A DNA stretch of 59,173 nucleotides from an uncultured Bdellovibrionales bacterium (GCA_964505305.1 CAZDHE010000002.1:1-59173), one strand, 5' to 3'. Shown: positions 47,539-57,564, numbered from the stretch's first letter. Notes: generated from the letters alone by a model not told the origin. Numbers and translations are program-made.

Positions 47539-48732
47539 TTGATGGTAAAAATTCAAGAAAAAACTCTTAATAACGGACTAAACATTCTTGCAATCAAAAA
47601 CCCTTCCATGCAAGGATTGAATGTCAGTCTTTACATTAAGTCGGGTTCTTGTCAAGAAACAAATTTAAATAATGGCATTTCTCACCTGTTAGAACACTTA
47701 ATCTTTTATGCAGCTCTCCAAGACTCAAGATCGCATCACTCCCCCTTAAAATTGGAGCTTAAAGCCTTGACCGGAAAAGAGTTTACTTTCTTTGAAATAA
47801 CTCATCACAAGGATTACCTAAAAAACATTCTGGATATCTTATTTTCAACTATAACCGAAGCCGAATTTAATCAAAAGTTGATTAAAGATCAAAAAAGTAC
47901 CATTGAGCAGGAAATCGCCGAAGACGAAGAAAATCCCTTTTCCGCGCTGGAGAAAAAACTGGATGAAAAAATATACGCAAAAACTTCCCTGCAACTGCCG
48001 ATTCTGGGTAATAGAAAAAGTTTAGCCAATATAAGCCTCAAAGAAGTGGAGCAGTGGTATCAATTTTTCTACACTCCCGAAAATATGCTCCTGGCCGCAA
48101 GCGGAAACTTTGGCAACAAAAAACTATTTTCCATTATTGATAAAACTTTCGCTAAGTTAACTTCTTCAAAAAATGAGAAGGCCGGCTTGGAAAAGAATGG
48201 AATGAAAAGGATTCCGTTAAGTCTAAAAAAACGCGTGTTTGATTCAATTTATTTGGCAATAGCCTTTCCAATGCGCTTTAAAATGGGAAGCAGAAAGTAT
48301 TTTGAATGCGTTCTTTTGGCGAATATTTTCGATTACAAATTTAAACTAATAAAAAACAACTTTAAGGAAATTTATGATGTGGATATCTACTTCCATCAAT
48401 TACTCAAAAGAGGCGAAATCAGGGTGTTGACTTCCGCGCCCAAGGCAGAATCAAAAGATTTGATTAACAAATTGGCCAATGAAATTATTACCATTGATTT
48501 TTCGGAAAGTTTTTTCGCAAAAGCAAAGGAGTTAACTGAGAAAGAGTTCCTACTCAGAGAAGACAACCTGGAAGCACTGTCTTCCCTTGCTTTATACAAA
48601 TTATCCGAAATAAATACTCTCCAACCGAAAGAAGAGGCGAAAATAATAAATTCTATTAATTATTCGGATTTAAAAAAACTGCAAAAACAATTAATAAACA
48701 AACAAAATTGCATTAAGGCCGAAATATTTTAA
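47539..48732 (+). CDS. M16 (pitrilysin/insulinase) family zinc peptidase
   Basis: LNNGLNI, GS..E...NNGISHLLEHL (HxxEH), PILGN, FYTPENMLLAASGN. Confidence 0.9.
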   Translation: MMVKIQEKTLNNGLNILAIKNPSMQGLNVSLYIKSGSCQETNLNNGISHLLEHLIFYAALQDSRSHHSPLKLELKALTGKEFTFFEITHHKDYLKNILDILFSTITEAEFNQKLIKDQKSTIEQEIAEDEENPFSALEKKLDEKIYAKTSLQLPILGNRKSLANISLKEVEQWYQFFYTPENMLLAASGNFGNKKLFSIIDKTFAKLTSSKNEKAGLEKNGMKRIPLSLKKRVFDSIYLAIAFPMRFKMGSRKYFECVLLANIFDYKFKLIKNNFKEIYDVDIYFHQLLKRGEIRVLTSAPKAESKDLINKLANEIITIDFSESFFAKAKELTEKEFLLREDNLEALSSLALYKLSEINTLQPKEEAKIINSINYSDLKKLQKQLINKQNCIKAEIF

Positions 48733-48778
48733 AGAAGAGCATTTATGATAAATACTCTTCTTTGTTTTATCCGGATGG

Positions 48779-48955
48779 TTACGGTTTGCTTCTCTTGGAA
48801 CCGCCTCCCTTGGTGTTCCCTGTCTTGCCGGATTTAGCCGGACTTTTGCCGGAAGATCCGCTTCCCGAATCATGAAATGATTTTCCTCCTCCGGGTCGGC
48901 ATCTGTTTGAGCCATGCCCCGTCCCTGTCCTGCTGGGCTGATTCTTCTGAGCCAT
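48779..48955 (-). CDS. 58-aa Gly/Ser/Lys-rich disordered peptide (not in ORF track)
   Basis: MAQKNQPSRTGTGHGSNRCRPGGGKSFHDSGSGSSGKSPAKSGKTGNTKGGGSKRSKP; AAAGGGG 7 nt before the ATG; fills a GC-rich patch. Confidence 0.5.
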   Translation of the reverse strand: MAQKNQPSRTGTGHGSNRCRPGGGKSFHDSGSGSSGKSPAKSGKTGNTKGGGSKRSKP

Positions 48956-49302
48956 CTTGCAACCCCTTTTTGCTTTTCGGGTTCGACAAATTCCAAACAG
49001 CTTTGTTCTTTATTACCCCATCTAGTTAAAAAAATTTCTCGAGAGGAACTGGCCGCTAAATTGAAAGGTAATATAGGACAGTTAGAGACAAACATTCAGA
49101 ATTTCGATTTCTGCAAATGCAAAAGTCAAACTTCTAACTCCCCTTCAAAGAAAGTAATTTACCAAGCTTGCATAGCATCAACAGATAAAATTGCAACAAT
49201 TTTCTCTATACTACCATATTACGTTATTACGTTATATGGTAGTATAAGTTCGTCAAGGTAGTGAAAATTAAAGGTCTAGAAAAGATTAGCTTGTTTTTTA
49301 AT

Positions 49303-49337
49303 AAAAAAGCGGGTGGTTTAAATAAACACACCCGCTT
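49303..49337 (-). terminator. Intrinsic terminator after the MMPL operon
   Basis: aagcgggtg/cacccgctt stem with an A run on + (U tail on -). Confidence 0.7.
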
Positions 49338-49360
49338 GATTGAAATATTTTTTCAGTATC

Positions 49361-50608
49361 TTAGAAAAAATATTTGAAGGTTAAAAATACTGCATCGTTT
49401 TCGTACTGCCCCCAGAAAGAATCTTCGGGGCCGTTGGTTAACTGAATTCCTCCTTCCAGTTGCCAATCATCTTTCTGATAGACAACTTTCGGACGCCAGA
49501 AGGAGTCCGAATCGGAGAGATTATAGCTTCCCTCTAATTCCAATTTCCAGGGACAGCCTCCTCCAAATTCATAATCCGCTTTCCAAAGAAAGGAATTTTG
49601 AAAAGACCGGCGGAAATCGGTAACCTCCACTACCGATTCCGAAGCTTCGGAAGTAACCTCTTCATTAGTGTATTGAAACAACAACACCAACGAATCCGTT
49701 GCCCGAAAAAGTCCATAGAATTCCTTCTGAGCTCCCAGGACGTATTGGAAGAAATCGTCTCCCTTGTCCTGGTCATAATATCCGGCTTCGGATTTGAGGA
49801 TGATTCCCCAGGGTATCTCTCTGACCAAAGCGCCGGAGATAACTTTCTGGTCGGAATATCTCAGCTCCAGTTCCGGCCCGGTTAAACCCGGGTTGATTTT
49901 GCCGTAGGGATTATAGCTGACACCATCGTAGTAGGCCAGCGTCATATCAAACTCTTGCCAAATTTTGTTAACCTTAACCGCGTATTGAAAGCGGTTTTCA
50001 TTAACCATCTCCTCTTTGCCAGCTAATCCTGCCGGCAAATTTTCTTCCCACCTGCCTTGAGGCAGTTTTGAGGGAGTAAATTCCGGGACCGCCACTGCCT
50101 GAACCGACCAGGTCCAGCCGTCATAGCGGGTATTAAAAGCCGGAATACCGACTCGCTCCCAATCGGGAATCAAAGTCCAGTCCCGTGCCGATAAATTATC
50201 CATCGGCGAGACCGTATCCGTTGTGCTCCAGTCAAAAATTTGATTACCCACTTTGAAGGTAAGATTCTGGTAGAAATATTCCAAGTAAGCTTCCCGGATA
50301 TTAGCTGCCCAACGCTGCTCCTCCTCAGTGAGAGAGTCAATAGCGCCGGTGGCAAAATCTTCATTGTCTATCCGAAAATCACCGGCCAGGAACAAAGATA
50401 GATTGGGCGTTTTTTCGGAACTCACGGTCACTTCAGGCAAAACCCGAACTTCCCCAAAATACTCCTTGCCTTTAGGAGAATTTTCCAGATAAGCCTTTCC
50501 GGTTGTCCTGACTTCCACTTTGGGATCGATTTCGACTTGAGAACTTGATCCCACAGAAACAAAACCAAACAGCAAAATCAATGTAGCAATAAGCATCTCT
50601 CTAATCAT
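49361..50608 (-). CDS. Signal-peptide protein with outer-membrane beta-barrel character (DUF1302-like)
   Basis: GGAGGAG SD before ATG 50608; IREAYLEY, KVGNQIFDW...SPMD motifs; alternating aromatic beta-strand pattern; C-terminal FKYFF. Confidence 0.65.
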   Translation of the reverse strand: MIREMLIATLILLFGFVSVGSSSQVEIDPKVEVRTTGKAYLENSPKGKEYFGEVRVLPEVTVSSEKTPNLSLFLAGDFRIDNEDFATGAIDSLTEEEQRWAANIREAYLEYFYQNLTFKVGNQIFDWSTTDTVSPMDNLSARDWTLIPDWERVGIPAFNTRYDGWTWSVQAVAVPEFTPSKLPQGRWEENLPAGLAGKEEMVNENRFQYAVKVNKIWQEFDMTLAYYDGVSYNPYGKINPGLTGPELELRYSDQKVISGALVREIPWGIILKSEAGYYDQDKGDDFFQYVLGAQKEFYGLFRATDSLVLLFQYTNEEVTSEASESVVEVTDFRRSFQNSFLWKADYEFGGGCPWKLELEGSYNLSDSDSFWRPKVVYQKDDWQLEGGIQLTNGPEDSFWGQYENDAVFLTFKYFF

Positions 50609-50666
50609 AGCTCTCCTCCCTTTGCTGAAAAGGGGCTCTGCCGGCTGGCAAAACCCCTTTTGGTTT

Positions 50667-51452
50667 TTATCTGAGAAAATTTCGCTGCCAAAAACGCGAC
50701 GGCATGTTCGAATTAATCTGACGATCAATTACCTCAAATTCCGTGCTGCGATCTTGAAATTCGTTTTCTATAACAATCTTATTCGATCTCCAAGCTTGGT
50801 CATAAAACTCAATTTTTTCATTGTGTTGAGTTTTATTCAATCGCTCACCTTGGAAATATTCAATTTCCTTTATGACAAGAGATTTTTTTTCAATATAGAA
50901 AATTCTCTTACTATAAATGGCTTTAATATTTTCCTTGGGCAGAGCTTCAATTTTCCAATGATCTTCATCGGAAGAGTCAAGAAACTCATAGGTATAACCG
51001 GAAAGATTTTCCCCGGTCAACTGGCTGGCATCCCGAAAGGTGAAATCCGTATCGGCAAAAAATCGTCCTTCATCTCGGCCGGAAACTCTTCTGGCTCGAT
51101 TCCAGGAGGGCATTTTCAGCCAGATGTTGTCCGGTTTTTCCTGAATCTGCCAGACCAAGAGCTTCAAACCTTCCACTCGCATAGGACCGGTAAATTCAAT
51201 GGAAACCTTATTTCCATCAGACTGATAAAGAGTCCGGCGGATCATAGATTTCTCCTCCACGTGTCCACTCTCATAAACGACTCTAATGTCCGCTTTCTCC
51301 AATTCAGTTTCCACTCCCGACTGGAAGTTTTCCCAGCTTTGAGAAACTGCTTCCCTAGCTGTAAAATCCACTTCAGCGCTTCTGGCCAAGGAAAAGTACA
51401 GCAAGGAAAAAACCGCCGCTATGCCAATTAAAAGGATGGACAATCTGCTCAT
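50667..51452 (-). CDS. Outer-membrane lipoprotein-sorting (LolA-like) protein
   Basis: Signal peptide; FTGPMRVEGLKLL, WLKMPSWNRARRVS, FADTDFTFRD, YSKRIFYIEK. Confidence 0.8.
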   Translation of the reverse strand: MSRLSILLIGIAAVFSLLYFSLARSAEVDFTAREAVSQSWENFQSGVETELEKADIRVVYESGHVEEKSMIRRTLYQSDGNKVSIEFTGPMRVEGLKLLVWQIQEKPDNIWLKMPSWNRARRVSGRDEGRFFADTDFTFRDASQLTGENLSGYTYEFLDSSDEDHWKIEALPKENIKAIYSKRIFYIEKKSLVIKEIEYFQGERLNKTQHNEKIEFYDQAWRSNKIVIENEFQDRSTEFEVIDRQINSNMPSRFWQRNFLR

Positions 51453-51536
51453 TTCTTCTCTCCTTTATTGTTTTTGAGAGCGGAATTGTTATAATTCCGC
51501 TCTCATCCTTGTTCTACACCAAAGGACGACTCCTTT

Positions 51537-54131
51537 CTAAAAATTCTTACCTAAAGACAAGAACCAGAAATGGAGTCTTTTCCAGCTTATTTGAATCGCA
51601 AATCTAACCAGATCAAGACCAAACCGCGAAATAGCTTTAATGTCAGCAGAGAAAGATTTCACCAAATAGTAAAATCGATCCGCCCACACAAAGCTCTTGG
51701 CGGTTGAATTAAAAGGCTTTATGCAATAATAGAGAATAGACGGCATAATCACCAACGCTCCAAACCCGCAGGCGAACATCATAATCGCCAAAAGCATTCC
51801 CAAACGAGAAATCGGGGTGAAACTAGAGAACATCAACATGGAAAAACACAGCGCATTCACTACGATGTCTATTATATTAATGCCACCCTTCACACAAAGG
51901 GCATGTTCCAAAGCGTCCGAGTAATCATGGCCATCCGAGAGCGCCTCATTGAAGTCATCCACAAAATGCAGATTGAAATCAATGGCGGCGTTCACCGCCA
52001 GTGCCATAATGCAAGCCGTTGCCTGGTCCAATGGAATCTTAAAGATTGCCATCAAATAGACCATGCAAGAGCAAGCAAAAGCAAACGGAACCGCCATAGC
52101 GATGCCGGTCTTCCAATTACTCATCACCGACCGCCGCTTTCGAAAACTCATTCCGTGAGTCCGGATAGAGATCCAGATCGCGGCACAAACAGCCACTATC
52201 CAAAAAGACGTCACAACATTGGCCGGACTTTTTTCTCGAATGTATTTGTCTGTTCGATGATAAGTATGCAACCGACCAAATGGAATTACTTCCAAATTGG
52301 GATAGTTGTTTCTCGCAAGAGAAAACAATTCTTCGGATTGCCCGGCTAACTGATTAGAATCATTAGCCGGAACAGACAAAGCAAGCGTTACTCCATTTTC
52401 ATACCACAATTGAGAAGAGATTTTTTCTCCCAAGTCCCAATCAATGGTAGTGAAAATGTCCATAGTTTGCCTCGAATTTTCCGGAAAATCCAAATTGTAT
52501 TGACGTCCGGAAATAACTCCCACTGTGTCAATAATAGATTGAGAGGTTCTAACCCCCTCAATTGCCAAAGCCTCTTCCTGAAGACTGTGAACCTTTTTAA
52601 CAAACTCCGGGTCGTGCACATCATCCTTCGGTTGAACGAGGAATTTAAGAACGCCAAAACCCGCTCTATCCTCTTGATTCAAGAATTGCCTGGCTCTATC
52701 CACGATAGTGCCCGGCAAATAATCAATCGGATTGGTGCCGATTTTGATGATCGGTGTTTCTCCGGATTTATGAGCTTGGTAGTCATGCCAGACAATTCCC
52801 AAAACTCCGCCAACTGTTACCAAGGCAAAAACGGAAAATCCCGCAAAAGTTTTTCCCGGAGAAAATCTAGTTAGAATTATAAAACATCCCCGAGTTATCT
52901 TTTGCAAAAAAAGCTCGCCCGCTCTTAATGCGGCATTGCTTTTTCTTTCTTTAACCTCCCCGCCAAACAAGGTTTGCAAGGCCGGCAACATCCACTTAGT
53001 CATGAAAACCAAATAGACTATGCCGACGGAAGCCAAAAAGCCCATCTCCAGAATTCCTCTGATTTGAATCTGGTAAAGACCGGCAAAGTTTAAAATAGCT
53101 ATAATAGCTACAATATAAATTTTGCCGTCAAACCAGCTTGTTTTCTTCCAGCGATTTCTGGCGCTATCTGATTTGAAATAATTGAAAGCGTCAAATTTCC
53201 TGGAACCAAAGGAGATTCCTTGAATGATAACCGCGGTAAAGGTTAAAAGTATATACACCCTCTCTTTTACCGCTTCACCATACAGTTCAAATCCGGCCAT
53301 TTCCAGCCAGCCAACCGTCCCTCTGGTCCAAAAAAGACCAAGGATGATCATCAGCCAGCAATAAAAGGCTTGCCGCCAAGATCCCAACAAAGGATAGAGA
53401 ATCAATACCACTAAAATTAATCCGATAGTTGAATACTTCAAGATATCGGAAATCAAAGCGGCGTCCATTAATCCTCTACCAACCGGCCAACCGGCTACAA
53501 GAACATCTTCGTATTCTTCGACCGGATGAATATCGCTTTTGATGAACCACTCCCATTTGGAAATTTTTCTTTTTTCCAAAAAGGAAGCCACTCGGTTTCT
53601 AAGCTCAATCTCGTTATAATCGGAAGGCAAAAAAACGATCACCTGAGCATAATCAAAGTCCTTGCCAACAAGAACATCATATACCCCGGGATCTTCTTTT
53701 ACTCTCTTCTTCCAATCTTCAAGATTAAAGTCTTGGGATCCGAGCAATTCCTCGTAAATATAAGGATCGCCCAAGTCTCCGGTTTCCGGGTAGTGGACAG
53801 CTTTAGCTAAACTAAGCAAACCGTACTCCGGAAAAGACTCCCTGGTCTTTTCGTGAAATTTAAGCAATTCCTTTAAATCTTTTTTGGTGAAATTTTCACC
53901 AAAGGGCAGCACAAAACTGAACTGATCTCCGCCTTCAAAACCCTTGGGACGAAGATTTTGGACTTTATGCTCGGACTGAAAATAATAGTCTTTTTTATTC
54001 AAAAGACCATTACTTAACAATCCTCCTTTGGGGCAAACCCAGAAGCCATAAGCCATTACCAGGCTGATCAAAGCCGTCAAAGCTAAAATTAGCCACTCTT
54101 TTCGATTTTCTCTCCAGCTGGGAATTCTCAT
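51537..54131 (-). CDS. MMPL/RND-family transporter
   Basis: Two repeats of TM1 + large loop + 5 TM; AVNAAIDFNLHF; C-terminal CFSMLMFSSFTPISRLGMLL...LVIMPSIL; AGGAGG SD. Confidence 0.85.
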   Translation of the reverse strand: MRIPSWRENRKEWLILALTALISLVMAYGFWVCPKGGLLSNGLLNKKDYYFQSEHKVQNLRPKGFEGGDQFSFVLPFGENFTKKDLKELLKFHEKTRESFPEYGLLSLAKAVHYPETGDLGDPYIYEELLGSQDFNLEDWKKRVKEDPGVYDVLVGKDFDYAQVIVFLPSDYNEIELRNRVASFLEKRKISKWEWFIKSDIHPVEEYEDVLVAGWPVGRGLMDAALISDILKYSTIGLILVVLILYPLLGSWRQAFYCWLMIILGLFWTRGTVGWLEMAGFELYGEAVKERVYILLTFTAVIIQGISFGSRKFDAFNYFKSDSARNRWKKTSWFDGKIYIVAIIAILNFAGLYQIQIRGILEMGFLASVGIVYLVFMTKWMLPALQTLFGGEVKERKSNAALRAGELFLQKITRGCFIILTRFSPGKTFAGFSVFALVTVGGVLGIVWHDYQAHKSGETPIIKIGTNPIDYLPGTIVDRARQFLNQEDRAGFGVLKFLVQPKDDVHDPEFVKKVHSLQEEALAIEGVRTSQSIIDTVGVISGRQYNLDFPENSRQTMDIFTTIDWDLGEKISSQLWYENGVTLALSVPANDSNQLAGQSEELFSLARNNYPNLEVIPFGRLHTYHRTDKYIREKSPANVVTSFWIVAVCAAIWISIRTHGMSFRKRRSVMSNWKTGIAMAVPFAFACSCMVYLMAIFKIPLDQATACIMALAVNAAIDFNLHFVDDFNEALSDGHDYSDALEHALCVKGGINIIDIVVNALCFSMLMFSSFTPISRLGMLLAIMMFACGFGALVIMPSILYYCIKPFNSTAKSFVWADRFYYLVKSFSADIKAISRFGLDLVRFAIQISWKRLHFWFLSLGKNF

Positions 54132-54464
54132 AACCTTCCTCCTTAATCTATCTGAAATATTTTATTGTCAAGGTGCCTTCGGGCCGGCTTCCCCGGCTCT
54201 TATATAAAAACAAAGCCAACCTCCTAAAAAGTTGACTTTTGTTTTTGCCCATTTTAAATTAATCCCAGCTGACGTTTTTAGTTAATCTTACCCAGACATA
54301 AAGGCAAAAATCAATATTTCCAATTTCGTTTTCTTATAACATATTTTTTCAAATTTGTAAAGGTTTTATATAATTTTTTTATCTCTTTAAAGTGTTTTTA
54401 ATTTAGAAATGAAGTCACCTAAAAAATACCTTAAAATAATTTCTAAATTCACTTTCAATAAGAC

Positions 54465-54494
54465 AAAACCCGGATTCAGATGAATCCGGGTTTT
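54465..54494 (-). terminator. Intrinsic terminator
   Basis: aaaacccggattca/tgaatccgggtttt perfect stem. Confidence 0.75.
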
Positions 54495-54500
54495 AAAATT

Positions 54501-54677
54501 TTATTGATTAAGTGGGATTTTTTCCGGGCTCTTGCCAGGCATACACCTAATCAATTTGGATGCCCTCATCCTATGAGCTTCTTTAATCGCCTTTGCCGTC
54601 GTGCAGGGAGGGAGATTCACCCTCACCCCATTCTCAAAAAAAGCAACATGTTGGCCTTCTTCTAAATGTGCGCACAT
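54501..54677 (-). CDS. 58-aa hypothetical protein (not in ORF track)
   Basis: AAGGAGGAG SD; MCAHLEEGQHVAFFENGVRVNLPPCTTAKAIKEAHRMRASKLIRCMPGKSPEKIPLNQ; terminator follows the stop. Confidence 0.6.
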   Translation of the reverse strand: MCAHLEEGQHVAFFENGVRVNLPPCTTAKAIKEAHRMRASKLIRCMPGKSPEKIPLNQ

Positions 54678-54779
54678 AAACTCCTCCTTTTGATTTGATC
54701 TTAATGCAAAAAGAATAAAATAAATTTTTCAGATGGTCAATGCTTTAATCTTTAACATTTTTTCTCTTTTGCCGATTAC

Positions 54780-54998
54780 TCAATGAACGGTAAAAGAGAA
54801 TGAAGATTTCAAGTTGAAATGCGCGCCTACTAATTCTCCGCGACTATTAAACACAACCATTCCAGCTGCCTCCCGTTGGAAAACCACGCCCAGAGCAAGA
54901 TTAATGGCCTCCAAGTGGGAAAGAGGCTGATCAAAACAAACCAACTCGCCACTGGAAATCCGACAAGAGTAGAGATCTTTATTTTTAAGATCTACCAT
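54780..54998 (-). CDS. Small hypothetical protein
   Basis: 72 aa with GGAGG SD. Confidence 0.55.
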   Translation of the reverse strand: MVDLKNKDLYSCRISSGELVCFDQPLSHLEAINLALGVVFQREAAGMVVFNSRGELVGAHFNLKSSFSFTVH

Positions 54999-55179
54999 AA
55001 AACCTCCCTCGATAAATTAAATAAAACCTGTCGGCCTTTAAAGCAAAAGAGTGGCTTTCTGTGTATTTTGAACAAATTACTTTTAGCGCAAAATATTTCT
55101 CTATTTTCTAATGGATTTTAGAGGAAGCAGTTTTTGGAAATAGCAGTCTTTTAGCTTTCTTAACACTTCTCCAGAAAGC

Positions 55180-55479
55180 CTAAGCCAACCTCAATTTAGA
55201 GCATTCCATTTGATTTAGAACCTCCTTCCCCCGCCAAAGCTCTTCTCTTGTGATCCTGGAAGAGAGTAAAAACAAAAAAATGTCATTTACTTGGACCCTA
55301 ACAAATATTTCCTTGTTCCAAAAAATTCGACTTTTTGTCTTAGCAATGTCCAGTAGATCTCCTCTGGTTTTGTGATCATTCTTTGGAAAAGCTATCCTTT
55401 CCAAAACCAAGCCTTCACTTCTCAATTTAAGATAAAAAACGGCCACATAAAAACGCTTGATTTCGAATCCCCCACTCAT
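55180..55479 (-). CDS. Small hypothetical protein
   Basis: 99 aa with GAGGAGG SD. Confidence 0.55.
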   Translation of the reverse strand: MSGGFEIKRFYVAVFYLKLRSEGLVLERIAFPKNDHKTRGDLLDIAKTKSRIFWNKEIFVRVQVNDIFLFLLSSRITREELWRGKEVLNQMECSKLRLA

Positions 55480-55736
55480 AAAGCCTCCTCTTCTTAAAGA
55501 TTTTAAATTCTATCCTATATTTAAAACATCAACAAATTCTCAATCACAACGAGAACATAAATGACACTTCCTTAATTTTCAAGGTTCCTATTATATTAAT
55601 CTTTTTAAGACCAATAAAATATATGCAATATTTAATGACTTTTTTATACCATCTTTTATAACATCTCCCGACTTGCTTTTCAAGTTTTCAATAAGAAGTA
55701 GCATTTAGCGGGTTTACAAATAAAGATCTCCTTACG

Positions 55737-55768
55737 CAAAAAAGCGCACATTAAAGTGCGCTTTTTTG
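55737..55768 (-). terminator. Intrinsic terminator
   Basis: caaaaaagcgcac/gtgcgcttttttg perfect stem. Confidence 0.8.
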
Positions 55769-55829
55769 TTTTTTATAGCAACAGTTCGAAAACTCAAGTT
55801 AAACATCTACCATTCCTTGAAATCAAATC

Positions 55830-56231
55830 TTAGAAACTGTTGACATTGCCTTCAGTTTCAGTTTCAGTCTCAGTTTCAGTTTCTTCTTCCATCAAAGAAT
55901 CATTTCCCGTTTCTTCTTCATCTTCTTCCATCGAAGAATCATTTCCCATTTCTTCATCTTCTTCTTCCATCGAAGAATCATTTCCCGTTTCTTCTTCAGT
56001 TTCACCCGACTCATTGCCGGAATCCATTTCCATCTCGGGTTCCGGTTGAGGAGCAGGTTCCGGTTGAGGAGCGGGCGATGGTTGAGGAGCGGGTTCCGGT
56101 TGGTTCATTTGATTTTCTTCCATCCCTTCAGGCAACTGTTCTGTTTGCTCAGCATCTTCCTGCTGGCCGCATCCAGCTAAGAAAATGGCTGCCGCAAAAA
56201 CCGCTGTTAAGCCTAAAATTTTCTTCTTCAT
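55830..56231 (-). CDS. Acidic low-complexity repeat lipoprotein
   Basis: Lipobox FLAGC; QPEPAP-like x4, GNDS(S/L)MEE x3 (13-aa period), (ET)n tail. Confidence 0.8.
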   Translation of the reverse strand: MKKKILGLTAVFAAAIFLAGCGQQEDAEQTEQLPEGMEENQMNQPEPAPQPSPAPQPEPAPQPEPEMEMDSGNESGETEEETGNDSSMEEEDEEMGNDSSMEEDEEETGNDSLMEEETETETETETEGNVNSF

Positions 56232-56381
56232 ACTTTATTTATTACTTTTTATTAATTTATAATTATTTTAAACTGCTACAAAATTACTTAATCTTGCAGC
56301 AGACAATCTCTTCGCCTAATAATTATTCATAAAAACTAAAACACTCACAGCCCAGAGAAAGATAATTCATGGAAATAAATA

Positions 56382-57116
56382 CTAATTACAATTATCTAAA
56401 CACTCCTGTTTTGCCCCCTCCGGCAGATTCTCGCACATTCCACAATCAATTTGTTGTGTTTGTTGAGGTGACGCGCCCTCTTCATCCGAGTCCGAAGAAT
56501 TGTTTTCTTGCGCCTGGTTCTGAATTTGATCTTCAACTTGTCCCTGCATTTGATTCATTTGTTCATCCAAATCAATAAAATCAATATCTTCGGGAAGATT
56601 AAACTTGGATTCATCAACACTCCAGCCGGAACAGTTAAAATCAATGTTTTCATTGATGTCAACAGTGTTAGGTTCTTGATCTGCTTCTTGTTGTTGCGCT
56701 TGCTGGCTTTCAGCTTTCGATTTTTTCATCTTCATACCTTGCTTGGCTTGATCTGTCCAATTATAAATAAATTCGCCATCGCTAACAGAATAAGCTTTCA
56801 TAGTTTGAGGCTCAGTCAAATTAACCTCTTGGCGGTAATCCTCCCCGGAAACATAAACCACTCCCTCGCCCTTTTGACCAGAATCGTCCATCGACCACTC
56901 GCATTTTAGGGCATTGCCTCTTTTCATTAAATCGGCAATAGACCCCGTAAAAGATTCTTCGGCTCCTTCTTGTTCCCGAGATTGTTTTTTATCAGACTGC
57001 TGATCGGATTGTTGATTTTGATTTTGTTGCTCGTCTTGATTTTGTTCCTGTCCGCAACCGGAGAGGAACATGACTGCAACAAAAACTGTCAACAACCCCG
57101 CAATTTTTTTCTTCAT
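56382..57116 (-). CDS. Lipoprotein with beta-rich domain and C-terminal Cys motif
   Basis: Lipobox FLSGC; LKCEW, GVVYVSG, DGEFIYNW, FDCS-like FNCSGW, FNLPEDIDF; CGMC...C...C tail. Confidence 0.8.
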   Translation of the reverse strand: MKKKIAGLLTVFVAVMFLSGCGQEQNQDEQQNQNQQSDQQSDKKQSREQEGAEESFTGSIADLMKRGNALKCEWSMDDSGQKGEGVVYVSGEDYRQEVNLTEPQTMKAYSVSDGEFIYNWTDQAKQGMKMKKSKAESQQAQQQEADQEPNTVDINENIDFNCSGWSVDESKFNLPEDIDFIDLDEQMNQMQGQVEDQIQNQAQENNSSDSDEEGASPQQTQQIDCGMCENLPEGAKQECLDNCN

Positions 57117-57144
57117 ATTCTTTTATTAATTTTTATGTAAAGTG

Positions 57145-57215
57145 TCGGACTGCTGGGAATTGAACCCAGGCTACACGCACCCCATGCGCGCGTACTACCA
57201 TTATACTACAGTCCG
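57145..57215 (-). tRNA. tRNA-Pro(GGG)
   Basis: CGGACTG/CAGTCCG acceptor, CGCGC-ATGGGGT-GCGTG anticodon arm, CTGGG-TTCAATT-CCCAG T-arm. Confidence 0.9.
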
Positions 57216-57564
57216 AATTTAGGAAATAGCCCGCCATAGAGTGAGGCGGGATTTATTTTATTATTGAATCAAAGAATCAAAGATTTAGAAAAAATGGCAA
57301 AACCGAAACCGCACTATCTCTACGCTCGCCTACTATCACCGTACTACGTCCCGCTAAGCTTATTATAACAAAATCAAATAATTCGAACAATCGCCGCGGG
57401 CAATTTCAAACACAACATACATTTAAACAAGCGCCTTTTTTGGCAAAACCACATTACCAAAATCGCAAAACAACTACAGGAAGCATAAATAAAAAAAATT
57501 ATTTTGTCAAAAATAAAATTATGCAAACTTTCTTAAAAACTTATTTATCGAAAAAACTTTTTAC

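Noticed and set aside
48691-49095. 134-aa ORF from the track
   Set aside because: No SD, overlaps the 3' end of the M16 gene on the opposite strand; an alternative 58-aa frame with an SD fits better.
50609-50728. Upstream extension of the beta-barrel-like ORF
   Set aside because: Overlaps the LolA-like gene; SD and signal peptide point to ATG 50608.
50622-51431. 269-aa plus-strand ORF, and similar antisense ORFs throughout the track
   Set aside because: Shadows of well-supported minus-strand genes with no recognisable motifs.
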